A stretch of DNA of 64,000 nucleotides from an uncultured Candidatus Saccharibacteria bacterium (GTDB lineage Bacteria; Patescibacteriota; Doudnabacteria; UBA920): assembly GCA_964631145.1 (NCBI GenBank), contig CAZVXT010000001.1, forward strand, positions 52,969 to 116,968, read 5' to 3'. Numbering within the stretch: the stretch's first letter is position 1; each line of letters opens with the position of its first letter. A program made the position numbers and the translations under genes. Below the pieces are notes generated by a model. That model was not told the DNA's origin. It searched no databases and saw only the letters and a program-made list of their open reading frames with translations. Shown here in pieces: positions 1 through 9,912 of this stretch.

Positions 1-1
1 T

Positions 2-850
2 GTTGGTTTAAAAATATTAGGAGAGAGTCAATTTAAAATCTTTACAGATAATTTTGCAAAACTATATTCTGATGCCGGTTATTATATTAGAGTTTACGGC
101 ACTTTGCCGCATGCCAATATCTTGGGTGGTGTTCTAGTTATTTGTTCTATATTCAACCTATACTTACTTAACAAAAATATACATAAGTATTTAAAAATTG
201 CTTTTAGTTTACTTTATATAATTACTGCGATAGTTATAGGTTTAACATTTTCCAGAAACGCAATTTTGGCTTATATAATTAGCACTACAATATTCTTAAC
301 CTTAAACTTATTTAAATATAGTTTCTCAAAGAACTTACTAGCAATAGTTACAGTTATACTATCAATTATAATTACCACATTAATAGTAAATCCCTTAATT
401 TCCGCAAGATTAAATATTAAAGATCAATCCATAACTGACAGATATCTTTATAATAAAGCAGCTATAAATATGATAATTCGAAATCCAATATCAGGCGTTG
501 GACTGGGAAACAGTGTTTTACAGCTAAATAAATACTCAGATCATAAATTTAACTCAACAGAAACTCAACCTATACACAATTCATATCTCGCAATTATTAG
601 CGAATGGGGGATAGTAGGACTAGCAACAATAATTGCCTATTTTTGGCTTATATATAAGACATTTTGGCTTTATGCAAAAACAAAAAGCAGCCAATTAGCT
701 GCTATTATATCTATTCTAATTGCAATTTCCATACTAGGTATTTTCGACCATTATCCTTATACATATTTTCCTTTTACGTTGCTAGTAATAATTATTTGTG
801 GAATATCATATAGGCATATCACTTATGATAATTCATCCCAGCTAAAATAG
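2..850 (+). CDS. O-antigen ligase (Wzy_C/WaaL-family) membrane protein, 3' part; reading frame is open to the window edge so the 5' end lies outside the window
   Basis: Multi-TM protein with the H-N-x-Y-L...E-W-G motif (IHNSYLAIISEWGIVGL) typical of Wzy_C; no in-frame stop between position 2 and the TTG at 104. Confidence 0.5.
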   Translation, partial: VGLKILGESQFKIFTDNFAKLYSDAGYYIRVYGTLPHANILGGVLVICSIFNLYLLNKNIHKYLKIAFSLLYIITAIVIGLTFSRNAILAYIISTTIFLTLNLFKYSFSKNLLAIVTVILSIIITTLIVNPLISARLNIKDQSITDRYLYNKAAINMIIRNPISGVGLGNSVLQLNKYSDHKFNSTETQPIHNSYLAIISEWGIVGLATIIAYFWLIYKTFWLYAKTKSSQLAAIISILIAISILGIFDHYPYTYFPFTLLVIIICGISYRHITYDNSSQLK

Positions 851-1289
851 TTCCAGCTCTGTACAACTGTTCTATTAATACAAGCCTTGCCATATTATGA
901 GGAAATGTTAACTTGCTCAAAGATAGAGTATAACTTGAATTTAAAACAGCCTCTCTAGACAAACCAACTCCACTACCCAACAAAAAACATAAGGTTTTTC
1001 CTGATTCTGTAATATGATTAATAAATGTTGCAAACTCTGTGCTATTAAAGGACTTACCTACTTCTTCCAAAGTGATTAAAATATCGTCTTCTTTTATATA
1101 CTTTTGGACCTTTTTCCACTCTACAAGCTTGATATTTTCTATACCTGAGGATTCACTATAAGATTCTTCTGGCAATTCTATTAACTCGTGCTTATAAAAC
1201 TTTGGAAAACGCTTAAGGTATTCGTTTTCCAATTGCTTATAACCAGGTTCTTTTAATTTTCCTAAACAAATAATTTTTAATTTAATCAT
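819..1289 (-). CDS. rlmH: 23S rRNA (pseudouridine1915-N3)-methyltransferase RlmH (SPOUT family)
   Basis: 156 aa; N-terminus MIKLKIICLGKLKEP..YLKRF and length are typical of RlmH. Confidence 0.8.
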   Translation of the reverse strand: MIKLKIICLGKLKEPGYKQLENEYLKRFPKFYKHELIELPEESYSESSGIENIKLVEWKKVQKYIKEDDILITLEEVGKSFNSTEFATFINHITESGKTLCFLLGSGVGLSREAVLNSSYTLSLSKLTFPHNMARLVLIEQLYRAGTILAGMNYHK

Positions 1290-1318
1290 ATATAAAAAGC
1301 CGCCTCATGGCGGCTAAA

Positions 1319-1549
1319 TTATTTAACTAATTTTGTATATAAATCTATTAAAAAATTAGTTTTCTTATCATAAAAATAAACCGCCAATACCGCAATAACA
1401 AAAGCAGAATTTACAAATAATACTCTCCAAAGATCACTTCTAACCAAATTATACTCGTGAGAGTGTTCATTGTATATTGAAGAATCAACATTATTAATCA
1501 AGCTTCTATTTTCTTGATTTTGGTGCTTATTTTTCATTTTTTTACTCAT
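1319..1549 (-). CDS. Hypothetical small protein with a C-terminal TM helix
   Basis: 76-aa ORF with a hydrophobic C-terminus; no recognisable domain. Confidence 0.3.
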   Translation of the reverse strand: MSKKMKNKHQNQENRSLINNVDSSIYNEHSHEYNLVRSDLWRVLFVNSAFVIAVLAVYFYDKKTNFLIDLYTKLVK

Positions 1550-1621
1550 AAAAACATGATACTATTTATTAGGTATATTAACAAGTTGTGAGCAAAAAAT
1601 ATTGATGCTAAAATAGCATTA

Positions 1622-2086
1622 ATGTCTAACAAACTGATTTATTTAAATATTATTGTTTCTTCTTTTGCTGTTTTAATAGGGATGGTTGGTTTAATTTTGA
1701 TACTCAGAAAAAATGAGTGGAAAAAATTATTTAGCCAAGAAGAGCAACCAGAAAACCTTGAGGATATCATTACAATAATTGGTCAAAAAATTAAAAATCT
1801 TCAAGAAAAACAACAAGAAACAATCGAAAACATTAAACAAATCTCAGAAATTTTAAATACCTCATTTAAGAAAATAGGTGTAATTCGATTTGATTCTACG
1901 GGGGATGATGGTGGAAATTTAAGCTTTAGCATTGCTTTACTTAATAGCCACAACTCAGGTATTATCATCACAAGCCTACATGGAAGGCAACATAATAGAA
2001 TTTACTGCAAACAAGTAGAAAATTCGGAGGTTATACAAACATTAAGTAACGAAGAGCAACAAGCTCTACAAACAGCATTAAACTAA
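1622..2086 (+). CDS. Hypothetical N-terminally membrane-anchored protein
   Basis: 154 aa with an N-terminal TM segment and a conserved-looking core (RFDSTGDDGGNLSFSIALLNSHNSGIIITSLHGRQ); family unknown. Confidence 0.4.
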   Translation: MSNKLIYLNIIVSSFAVLIGMVGLILILRKNEWKKLFSQEEQPENLEDIITIIGQKIKNLQEKQQETIENIKQISEILNTSFKKIGVIRFDSTGDDGGNLSFSIALLNSHNSGIIITSLHGRQHNRIYCKQVENSEVIQTLSNEEQQALQTALN

Positions 2087-2095
2087 TAAACTATC

Positions 2096-2476
2096 ATGGC
2101 ACAAGATACAACAGCAGAGACCGTAGTAGGTCCATCAGTAAAAATTCAAGGTGATCTAAACTCAGAAGGAAACATCAGAATTGAGGGGAGCGTAGTGGGA
2201 AAAGTGAACACTTCGCAAAGTGTTCATGTAGGCGAGCAAGCAAAAATCATGGCTGATATGCATGCTGGAAACGCTATAATCTCGGGAGAAGTTCAAGGAA
2301 ATATCAAAATTGTTGGTAATTTAATCCTACAAAAAACAGCTCGTGTTGCAGGTGATATATCATGTGGGGTTCTCAGAGTAGAAGATGGTGCATTATTTAC
2401 AGGCAAATGCAATATGAAGGGTGCTGCAGCGGAAAAAAGCAAAAACAGCAACACCGAACCAGAAGCAGAAGCCTAA
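2096..2476 (+). CDS. Bactofilin-family cytoskeletal protein
   Basis: 126 aa with a repetitive beta-helix pattern (KIQGDLNSEGNIRIEGSVVGKV...GEVQGNIKIVGNLILQKTARVAGDI) typical of bactofilin/DUF583. Confidence 0.7.
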   Translation: MAQDTTAETVVGPSVKIQGDLNSEGNIRIEGSVVGKVNTSQSVHVGEQAKIMADMHAGNAIISGEVQGNIKIVGNLILQKTARVAGDISCGVLRVEDGALFTGKCNMKGAAAEKSKNSNTEPEAEA

Positions 2477-2543
2477 ACCAGAATTGATATTCAAATTTTA
2501 ATTTTTAATTCCCGGTAGGTCTTACCGGGATTATTGTTCCAAA

Positions 2544-3386
2544 ATGTATTTTTATATTTTAGACGGACAAAATATACCGCAACCACAATTTGAAAAGGCT
2601 CAGGTGACGCTTCAAGGATTGCTAGCAGAATTTAGAATTAGCGGAGAAATGGCTAGAACTAGCAGCATCAGAACCATAAAGGATTTAGTAGAAACTGCTA
2701 GTGAAAGAGGTGTAAAAACCTTAATAGCGTGTGGAACTGACGACACTTTCAATATAATGATGGCGCATTTAAAGGGTCGTGATTTTGCATTAGGCTTTAT
2801 ACCTCTTACTGACGATTCTTATCTAGGACAAATTTTAGGTGTCGACAGCCTTCTTACCGCTGTCAAAACTGTAGCTGCAAGACGAATAGAAAAGATCGAT
2901 CTTGCATATTTAGATGAAAATTACTTTGTTTCTCAAGTAGAATTTGGCATCGCATCTACTCAAATTAAACAAATGAGCTGGTGGGCGAGTCTAACAAAGC
3001 TTAATAAAACCGAATATAAAATAAAAATCCGCATCGATAATTCCTACACCATGGATATCACTTGCTTAGGTGGTACCATCACCAATAGCCGTCCTCATAG
3101 TAGCAAAAAAAATAACATAGCAAATCCTACAGATGGCTATTTAGACCTAATGGTCTTAGAAAGTTTAAGCAAAGTAGACGTTTTAAAATACAAGCCGGAT
3201 ATAGCAAATGGGGTGCTTGAAAACATTCCTGGAACATCAGTAATTAAATGCAAAACTGTAGAATTTTTAGAACCAAAAGGGTTTCCGCTGACAATTGCAG
3301 GAAAAACCTTTGCAAAGGCCCCAGCAGCAATATCTATTATTCCTAGACAACTTCGCATGATAGTGGGTAAAAACCGAACATTTTAA
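2544..3386 (+). CDS. Diacylglycerol/lipid kinase catalytic-domain protein (YegS/BmrU-like)
   Basis: LIACGTDDTFNIMMAHL matches the DAGK_cat GGDGT-like motif region; 280 aa. Confidence 0.6.
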   Translation: MYFYILDGQNIPQPQFEKAQVTLQGLLAEFRISGEMARTSSIRTIKDLVETASERGVKTLIACGTDDTFNIMMAHLKGRDFALGFIPLTDDSYLGQILGVDSLLTAVKTVAARRIEKIDLAYLDENYFVSQVEFGIASTQIKQMSWWASLTKLNKTEYKIKIRIDNSYTMDITCLGGTITNSRPHSSKKNNIANPTDGYLDLMVLESLSKVDVLKYKPDIANGVLENIPGTSVIKCKTVEFLEPKGFPLTIAGKTFAKAPAAISIIPRQLRMIVGKNRTF

Positions 3387-3419
3387 ATTAAAAAAGAGAG
3401 TAGAAATACTCTCTTTAAA

Positions 3420-3875
3420 TTATTTATCAGCATTAAACTGTTTAATCACAATATGATCAATTTTGTTAGCGATCAACCTCTTAAAGTCGTTTGCTTTTAC
3501 AGTTACCCCTTTTTGATTCATAAACATATTGGCAATATTGCCAAGTAATAAAACCCATCTATCTTCAGATATTCCGATATTTTCTGGGGCTTTTAAAAAT
3601 TTATTAGTATTTTTTATTGCTTCCAAAACAGAATCATATAATTCTTCACCAGATTTTCTAACCTCTTGCGAACTAAATGAGTCTAGTTCTTTAAGATTGT
3701 CAGATATATAATCGTTTAGCGGTATTTGATCACCCGGGTAAAAATGACCCCCCAAATCCACCCCATGTAAATAAGCAAAATATAATTTTGCATAAACAAT
3801 ATCTATGCTCTTAATAGGTATTTCTATGCCTAAAGCTTTTAAGATTAGCACAAAGGCTATAATTCTAGAATTCAT
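3420..3875 (-). CDS. Hypothetical protein (accessory-class gene with a perfect SD)
   Basis: 151-aa ORF preceded by AGGAGGAATTATG; no recognisable domain. Confidence 0.5.
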   Translation of the reverse strand: MNSRIIAFVLILKALGIEIPIKSIDIVYAKLYFAYLHGVDLGGHFYPGDQIPLNDYISDNLKELDSFSSQEVRKSGEELYDSVLEAIKNTNKFLKAPENIGISEDRWVLLLGNIANMFMNQKGVTVKANDFKRLIANKIDHIVIKQFNADK

Positions 3876-3970
3876 AATTCCTCCTAAATAAAATTATCCT
3901 TAAGAATATCTAAATATTCTATATTCTGCAACTTGCCAAAATTAGATTTTTTTAGTATATTTAATAAGTT

Positions 3971-5911
3971 ATGAATTTATCATCCTTATCGCACGAATTA
4001 AATATCTCAATCGGGGAGTTGAGGCAGAAAGCTGCCGCAGCCGGTTTACCAATACCTGTTCGTGCAAATAAAATTGATAATCACTTTGCAAAACAGATTT
4101 TAGATAAACTTAAATCCGTAAAAACACCTGAAACAAAAGCAACAGAAAATTCTAATAAATCTATTACTCTACCAAGCTTTATTAAAGTTCGTGATTTTGC
4201 AGAAAACCTCAAACTTCCAGTTACCACAGTTATCAAAACACTTATTCAAAACGGTGTTATGGCAACAATTAATGAAGAAATAGATTTTGACACAGCAAGT
4301 ATTATAGCTAACGATTTAGGGTATGAAGTTAATTCAGCTGAAAATTCAAGTACAGAATTTGGTGCTGGCTACTTACAAGAACAACTTACTCACGAAAAAG
4401 AGAGCGGGGCTATATCCAGACCACCGATAGTTGCTGTAATGGGACACGTAGACCATGGGAAGACCACATTATTAGATGCAATTAGAAGTGCCAATGTAGT
4501 AGATACAGAATCTGGTGGTATAACTCAACATATTGGAGCTTATCAAATTAAGCACGACAATAAAGTTATAACCTTCTTAGACACTCCTGGACACGAAGCT
4601 TTTGTAGAAATGCGTGCCCGCGGTGCTAATGTAACAGATATTATCGTTTTAGTTGTAGCAGCTGACGACAGCGTAAGACCTCAAACTATTGAGGTTATTA
4701 ACCGTGCCAAATTTACCAATACTCCAATTATCGTTGCTATTAACAAGATCGATAAAGAAAATGCTAATGTTACCAAAACCAAGCAAGAATTAGCAGAGCA
4801 TGGAATTTTAACTGAAGACTGGGGAGGAAAAACAATAGCTGTAGAAATTTCAGCAAAACAAAACATCGGTATTGATAAGTTATTAGAAATGATCTTACTT
4901 CAAGCAGAAATAGAAAACTACACAGCAAATCCAAACGGTAAAACACTAGGAACTGTTATCGAATCCCATATTGCCCAAGGACAAGGATCAGTTGCGACTG
5001 TTATTGTACAAAACGGCAGCCTTAAAGTTGGAGATGTGATTTCTGCAGGAATTGGATATGGCAAAGTTAAGTCTTTAGAAGATGCGAAAGGTAAGAAGCT
5101 AAAGTTTGCAGGACCTGGTACACCTGCTGTAGTATCTGGTTTTTCAGACTTGCCAGAAGCAGGTGATATTTTGCAAACACCGCAGTCTTTGGAAGAAGCA
5201 AGAAATATTGCGATAACGGCACAAAAGCTTAAGCATAGTAGAAAACTAACCGCACGCAGCAAAATCCAAGGTGACACTGATTCAAAAACATTAAACCTTA
5301 TTCTTAAAGCTGATGTTGCCGGCTCATTAGAAGCTATAAAACAATCTTTAGCAAAACTAAAGAATGATGAAGTACAAATTAATATCCTTAATGAAGGTAT
5401 TGGTGAAGTAAATGAAAATGATGTGTTGCTTGCAGAAAACACCAAATCAACAGTCATTGGTTTTAGAGTAAAAACCAATCCTAAAGCTATCAACTTGGCA
5501 AAACAGAAGTCAATAACAATTGATAACTATGATGTTATTTATGAACTTCTAGAAACAATCACCAGCGCAGTTGTAGACATGTTCACCCCTGAAATGGAAA
5601 AAGTTACATTTGGCTCAGGTGAAGTATTAGCAATATTTAGAACTGAAAAGGGGCAAATGATTATCGGTGGTAAAGTTACAGAAGGTGAAGTTCGCAAAAA
5701 TAAGCAAATAGCAATCTTAAGAAAAGATAGCGAAGGACAACTACAAGAAGTAGCAAGGGGAGAAATACTAGAACTTCAACAAAATAAAATAGATACCAAA
5801 GAAGTTACCAAAGGCAATGAGTTTGGTATGAAGATCAAAACCAACTTCAAGCTTACAGCCGGCGATACCCTAGAAAGTTTCGAAGAAAATCTAAAAAAGA
5901 AAAGTTTATAA
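3971..5911 (+). CDS. infB: Translation initiation factor IF-2 (short form)
   Basis: G-domain motifs [23 protein letters not shown] and NKID; 646 aa. Confidence 0.95.
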   Translation: MNLSSLSHELNISIGELRQKAAAAGLPIPVRANKIDNHFAKQILDKLKSVKTPETKATENSNKSITLPSFIKVRDFAENLKLPVTTVIKTLIQNGVMATINEEIDFDTASIIANDLGYEVNSAENSSTEFGAGYLQEQLTHEKESGAISRPPIVAVMGHVDHGKTTLLDAIRSANVVDTESGGITQHIGAYQIKHDNKVITFLDTPGHEAFVEMRARGANVTDIIVLVVAADDSVRPQTIEVINRAKFTNTPIIVAINKIDKENANVTKTKQELAEHGILTEDWGGKTIAVEISAKQNIGIDKLLEMILLQAEIENYTANPNGKTLGTVIESHIAQGQGSVATVIVQNGSLKVGDVISAGIGYGKVKSLEDAKGKKLKFAGPGTPAVVSGFSDLPEAGDILQTPQSLEEARNIAITAQKLKHSRKLTARSKIQGDTDSKTLNLILKADVAGSLEAIKQSLAKLKNDEVQINILNEGIGEVNENDVLLAENTKSTVIGFRVKTNPKAINLAKQKSITIDNYDVIYELLETITSAVVDMFTPEMEKVTFGSGEVLAIFRTEKGQMIIGGKVTEGEVRKNKQIAILRKDSEGQLQEVARGEILELQQNKIDTKEVTKGNEFGMKIKTNFKLTAGDTLESFEENLKKKSL

Positions 5912-5988
5912 AAACACTTAATTATTGACAATTAAGTGTTTTTTTGTTATATTAAATTTCTAAAATCGATTTTATTGGAGGAAAAATT

Positions 5989-6342
5989 ATGGCGATAATT
6001 GCCTATATACCAAAGCACGATTATGATACAAACCAAAGGCTAAAATCATTTTGTGAGTTGTTTTATCAAAATCAAGAGGACAACATAATTATAAACCCGG
6101 ATACACACGCCATAGCATTTGAGTGGGAAAATTTCTGCATTACGACAGCAGAAGTTTATCATCAAAACTTTGCATCACTTTGTAACAGAAACAATGTATT
6201 TGTATTAAAAACAGGGTTTAGAATTAATGCCGGTTTAAGGCTTCAAATCAATGAGCATATCAAAAGACTTGATCCAAACAACCAAGTCCATCCCATGGCT
6301 CATATTAATTTTGAAGAAGAAAAAGATTTCTATCTTTGGTAA
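5989..6342 (+). CDS. Hypothetical protein between infB and rbfA (sits where ylxP/DUF503 is found in other bacteria, but no clear DUF503 match)
   Basis: 117-aa ORF with GGAGGAAAAATTATG SD. Confidence 0.5.
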   Translation: MAIIAYIPKHDYDTNQRLKSFCELFYQNQEDNIIINPDTHAIAFEWENFCITTAEVYHQNFASLCNRNNVFVLKTGFRINAGLRLQINEHIKRLDPNNQVHPMAHINFEEEKDFYLW

Positions 6343-6445
6343 GCCAAACAATAGACTAAGCAACATATTTTGCTTAGTTTTTTATTTAGGCAAAATAAAC
6401 TACTTTTACTAAGAAGACTTGATATAATTAGCTTAGTTTGTTATA

Positions 6446-6841
6446 TTGAATCTTCAGTCTATTTTTATTATGTATAAGCAAAATCAAGACAATTCAAATC
6501 GCAATGCGAGATTATCATCTCTTATCCAGCAACTGCTAGGGCAAATTATTATACCTTACTTAGAGGGACAAAGCGGACTGACCACCATCAGTCAAGTTGA
6601 AGTTAGCGGCGACAATAGATGGGCGAAGGTGTGGCTTTCTATAGTTGGCGGTGATGACGACCAAATATTTAAAGCTCTTAAAGAAAATATCTATGATATC
6701 CAAGGAGATTTGAACAGACAATTAAAAATGAAGCTAGTCCCAAGAATTCAATTTTATTTAGACACTTCACCAAGATACGCTCAGCATATCAATGAGATTC
6801 TAGACGAAATAAAAAAAGAAGACCAATCACAAACAAACTAA
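6446..6841 (+). CDS. rbfA: Ribosome-binding factor A
   Basis: Size and sequence (..VSGDNRWAKVWLSI..) typical of RbfA; lies downstream of infB as expected. Confidence 0.8.
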   Translation: MNLQSIFIMYKQNQDNSNRNARLSSLIQQLLGQIIIPYLEGQSGLTTISQVEVSGDNRWAKVWLSIVGGDDDQIFKALKENIYDIQGDLNRQLKMKLVPRIQFYLDTSPRYAQHINEILDEIKKEDQSQTN

Positions 6842-6864
6842 AATATCTACTTCAAGGACATATT

Positions 6865-7830
6865 ATGACGGAAGATTTTCTTCAAGCAAAAAATTTAATA
6901 GAAAACTCACAAAATATTTTATTTACGACCCACGAAAAAACAGACGGTGATGATTTTGGTTCAGTCTCAGCTATTGCACTTCATTGCCAAAATCAAGGTA
7001 AAAATATCACAATTTCAACAGCTGGCGGTTTCCCGAGCCAGCTTAACTTTTTAGCGCTCGCAAGCCAAACCCAAGATGATGTTAAAGAAGGAGACTATGA
7101 TCTTTTGGTGATATCTGGATGCTCTAATATTGAGCGTATACGAAACCCTTTTATAGAAACCTTAAACATTCCAAAAATAAATTTTGATCATCATCCAGAC
7201 AACCAAATGTATGGTGATGTCAATGTAGTAGATCCCAATAAATCTTCTGTTGCAGAACTAGTTTATGATTTTTTTAAATTTTGCAATTGGCAAATCACTC
7301 CAAAGATAGCTCAATCCTTGCTAACAGGAATTGTTACCGATACTGGAATTTTTATGCATAGCAACACAGGCGCTACAACATTAGAAGCTGCAGCTAACTT
7401 ATTAGAAAATGGTGCAATATTAAACGAAATAACGAAAAGTACTTACGAGAATAAAAGTGCTTTAAGCATGCAAGCATGGGCAAAAGCCTTACAAAATTCA
7501 TATCTTAACAAAAGCACCGGAGTAATATATTCCATACTAACAGAAAAAGATTTGGAAGAATTAGGTAACCCAGAACTAACTATTTTTGAAGGCGTAGTAG
7601 AGACACTAAATAAAGCTCCAGAAGCAAAATATGCCATGTTCTTAAAAGAAGAAAAGGGTCGCATCAAAGGAAGTCTTAGAAGCGATCCCCACAAAGGCAC
7701 TAATGTTCAAGAAATTGCCCAAAAACTAGGTGGTGGCGGACACAAATGGGCATCTGGATTCTCTTTATATGGAAAACTAGAAAAAAGTGCAGACGGTAAC
7801 TGGCAAATTATAAGCACAAAAAACAGCTAG
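6865..7830 (+). CDS. nrnA: DHH/DHHA1 phosphoesterase (NrnA-like nanoRNase/pAp phosphatase)
   Basis: Motifs HEKTDGDD, NFDHHPDN and GGGGHKWASG (DHH + DHHA1 GGGH). Confidence 0.85.
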   Translation: MTEDFLQAKNLIENSQNILFTTHEKTDGDDFGSVSAIALHCQNQGKNITISTAGGFPSQLNFLALASQTQDDVKEGDYDLLVISGCSNIERIRNPFIETLNIPKINFDHHPDNQMYGDVNVVDPNKSSVAELVYDFFKFCNWQITPKIAQSLLTGIVTDTGIFMHSNTGATTLEAAANLLENGAILNEITKSTYENKSALSMQAWAKALQNSYLNKSTGVIYSILTEKDLEELGNPELTIFEGVVETLNKAPEAKYAMFLKEEKGRIKGSLRSDPHKGTNVQEIAQKLGGGGHKWASGFSLYGKLEKSADGNWQIISTKNS

Positions 7831-7915
7831 CTGCTGTTTTTTATACATAAATATTATAAAATTTAGGCAAAAATATTTATGCTAATTAATACTGGATTTT
7901 TTTTGAAGTTTGTAT

Positions 7916-7933
7916 TATAATACCTAAGTATTT
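7916..7933 (+). promoter_or_regulatory. Conserved 18-nt promoter-like motif TATAATACCTAAGTATTT upstream of the tRNA locus (a second identical copy is at 19230..19247)
   Basis: Exact 18-nt repeat containing a TATAAT hexamer, found upstream of two separate tRNA loci. Confidence 0.5.
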
Positions 7934-7940
7934 TTAGTTA

Positions 7941-8025
7941 GCTCGGGTGGCGGAATTGGTATACGCGTACGCTTGAGGTGCGTATGCCCTAGGGCTTGAG
8001 GGTTCGAGTCCCTCCTCGAGCACCA
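7941..8025 (+). tRNA. tRNA-Leu(GAG), type II with long variable arm
   Basis: Cloverleaf with anticodon loop TTGAGGT, T-arm GGTTCGAGTCC and 3' CCA. Confidence 0.85.
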
Positions 8026-8042
8026 GAGATAAAATACAATAA

Positions 8043-8062
8043 GGGCGATTAGCTCAGTTGGC
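8043..8062 (+). pseudogene. Orphan duplicate of the tRNA-Val 5' end (19-20 nt identical to the start of the downstream tRNA-Val); the tRNA-like sequence then degenerates
   Basis: GGGCGATTAGCTCAGTTGG repeated at 8043 and 8160; no T-arm or acceptor 3' half in the following ~100 nt. Confidence 0.5.
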
Positions 8063-8159
8063 GTAGGCGAGCTTTGCGAGCCGTTATTATAGACTCCCAA
8101 AACAAATTACAAATACAAGGAGCTGGAATTTATTTCAGCGACCAAAGAATATAAATTTA

Positions 8160-8236
8160 GGGCGATTAGCTCAGTTGGTTAGAGCGTCTCGTTTACACCG
8201 AGAAGGCCAAAGGTTCGAATCCTTTATCGCCCACCA
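8160..8236 (+). tRNA. tRNA-Val(TAC)
   Basis: Anticodon loop TTTACAC, T-arm GGTTCGAATCC, CCA end. Confidence 0.9.
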
Positions 8237-8251
8237 TAAAAATTACAATTA

Positions 8252-8326
8252 GCCCTGGTAGCTCAGTGGTAGAGCAGACGCCTGAAGAGCGTCGTGTCGT
8301 CAGTTCAATTCTGACCCGGGGCACCA
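8252..8326 (+). tRNA. tRNA-Phe(GAA)
   Basis: Anticodon loop CTGAAGA; cloverleaf; CCA end. Confidence 0.85.
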
Positions 8327-8337
8327 TAAAATATAAC

Positions 8338-8411
8338 GCGGCTATGGTTCAATGGTAGAATTCTTCCTTGCCAAGGAAGGGATAGGGGTTCGATTCCCCT
8401 TAGCCGCTCCA
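8338..8411 (+). tRNA. tRNA-Gly(GCC)
   Basis: Anticodon loop TTGCCAA, T-arm GGTTCGATTCC, CCA end. Confidence 0.9.
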
Positions 8412-8412
8412 A

Positions 8413-8440
8413 ACAAAACCCCCTACAGGGGGTTTTGTTA
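8413..8440 (+). terminator. Rho-independent terminator after the tRNA cluster
   Basis: AAAACCCCCTACAGGGGGTTTTGTT hairpin plus a T-tract; TATAAT of the Nudix gene follows immediately. Confidence 0.7.
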
Positions 8441-8450
8441 TAATTTAAAT

Positions 8451-8855
8451 ATGGAAAATAGAAAAATTAAATCTCGATGCATTATCCTAAACCAAGAAAA
8501 AATTCTTTTAGTTCATAATTCAGAACATGACTATTATTTCTTTCCTGGTGGTTCTTCTAATAATAACGAAAGTCCTGAAGAAACATTGATACGAGAAATA
8601 AACGAAGAGTTCAATTCTAATCTTGAAAACATAAAATTGATTGATATACTAAGAAACGTTGGCGTCAATCAAGATGAAACAATTTCAATGTTTAGTGCAG
8701 ACTTTTTAGATAAAGAGTTATATAAGCAACCAATAATCAAAATTGCCGATGTAAACATGTATGCAAAATGGATATCTTTAAATGATATTAAAAACAATAA
8801 TTTAAAGTTATTTCCTGAATATAACTATCCTAAAATGTTTGAAAAATTATATTAA
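8451..8855 (+). CDS. Nudix hydrolase
   Basis: Nudix box GGSSNNNESPEETLIREINEEF (GX5EX7REUXEEXGU pattern); start moved to the ATG at 8451 because the longer ORF overlaps tRNA-Gly; TATAAT lies at -12..-7. Confidence 0.8.
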   Translation: MENRKIKSRCIILNQEKILLVHNSEHDYYFFPGGSSNNNESPEETLIREINEEFNSNLENIKLIDILRNVGVNQDETISMFSADFLDKELYKQPIIKIADVNMYAKWISLNDIKNNNLKLFPEYNYPKMFEKLY

Positions 8856-8904
8856 CTACTTTAATTAAATAGCTCCTATATGGGAGCTATTTAATTAAAT
8901 GAAA

Positions 8905-9165
8905 TTATTTATTGTTTTCTTCCATTATAACCCCAAGCTTATCAATTACTTTGTCAGCCGTTTCTTCAGTTTCAAAAGACCAGTAATCATCCGCATTTCC
9001 ATCTTCATCTGATAATAAAATTTCATAGTAACCATCAGCATTTTGTTGTGGCTCCAAGTCCCATGACAAACCAGATTGATCCGCTATACCAAATATCTCT
9101 TGAGCTATTTTATTTATTTCTTCTTCAGATAAATTTCCTTTGTAACTACGAAAGTCTTCGTTCAT
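8905..9165 (-). CDS. Hypothetical highly acidic small protein
   Basis: 86-aa ORF rich in D/E; no recognisable domain. Confidence 0.4.
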   Translation of the reverse strand: MNEDFRSYKGNLSEEEINKIAQEIFGIADQSGLSWDLEPQQNADGYYEILLSDEDGNADDYWSFETEETADKVIDKLGVIMEENNK

Positions 9166-9225
9166 TTTGTTTTCCTATTAATTATATGTATCATACATTT
9201 ATAAATTAATTTATTCAACAATTCC

Positions 9226-9597
9226 ATGCTTAATCAATCAGAAATACTAGAGCTTTCAAAAAGCAATATTATCTTGCCTTTTGAACCAAATTCACTTAAA
9301 CCAGCTAGTTACACCTTTAGACTTGGCGGAAAGACAGAACAGACTATTATTAAACCAAGGGAGTTTAAGGTTTTACAATCACTAGAACAGATAAATTTTC
9401 CAAACAACCTAGTAGGGCAATTGTCTACTAGAGGGTCAATAGCAAAACTTGGGTTAGATTGCTTGCTTACCGATACAGTAATAGAACCCGGGAGTATTGG
9501 GCATTTAAGTTTTTGTACAAAAAATAATTCTACTGAACCAGTCATTTTAAAGCTAGGAGAACCTATTGTTAAATGTATTTTTACCTTAATAAATTAA
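9226..9597 (+). CDS. Minimal dCTP deaminase/dUTPase-fold protein (Dcd-like) with substitutions at catalytic positions
   Basis: NNLVGQLSTRGSIAKLGLDCLLTDTVIEPGSIG aligns with E. coli Dcd [33 protein letters not shown]; only 123 aa, C-terminal tail absent, and the position of catalytic Glu138 reads Cys. Confidence 0.6.
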   Translation: MLNQSEILELSKSNIILPFEPNSLKPASYTFRLGGKTEQTIIKPREFKVLQSLEQINFPNNLVGQLSTRGSIAKLGLDCLLTDTVIEPGSIGHLSFCTKNNSTEPVILKLGEPIVKCIFTLIN

Positions 9598-9912
9598 TAA
9601 GTCAATTTAACTTAAAGATAAGAGCAAAAACATATAATTTGGCTTAAATAAAGTATAAAATGCCAATTTAGCCTTGAAAATAACCTTCGAAACTGGTATA
9701 CTTATCTAGTAAATTACTGCTTTAGGCAGTCTTTTTTAATCAAAGCAAGTCCTGTAAAGGGATAGAAAAACTATTAAAAAAGCCAATAAAACAGTAAATT
9801 TACAGGTCATTTTATCGAGAAATTCATTAAGTCTTTAGCGCAATAGAAAGAATAGTGCTTACGATTGAACCTTTCGGCTTGCGAATCAAGATTAAGGAGT
9901 TGCCTTGAAATA

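Noticed and set aside
4681-5493. Antisense ORFs inside infB (4681-4866, 4918-5493) and similar internal or antisense ORFs inside gyrA, tyrS, the PBP gene, uvrB, murE-like and rpoB (e.g. 60439-60810, 61381-61827)
   Set aside because: They are fully embedded in well-supported conserved genes on the opposite strand or frame, have low-complexity or odd composition, and lack RBS or promoter signals; treated as spurious.
8043-8159. Possibility that 8043-8159 is an intron-containing or permuted tRNA
   Set aside because: Only the first ~20 nt are tRNA-like; no anticodon stem, T-arm or acceptor 3' strand could be found, so it is called a partial duplicate instead.
8352-8450. The 5' extension of the Nudix ORF (start at 8352) overlapping tRNA-Gly
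   Set aside because: The extension runs through the tRNA gene and its terminator; the ATG at 8451 with TATAAT at -12..-7 is the sensible start.
9598-9912. 315-nt spacer before the GH73-like gene as a possible riboswitch
   Set aside because: It contains some inverted repeats, but I could not match any riboswitch consensus by eye (no T-box specifier or antiterminator, c-di-AMP, glycine or SAM cores); left uncalled.
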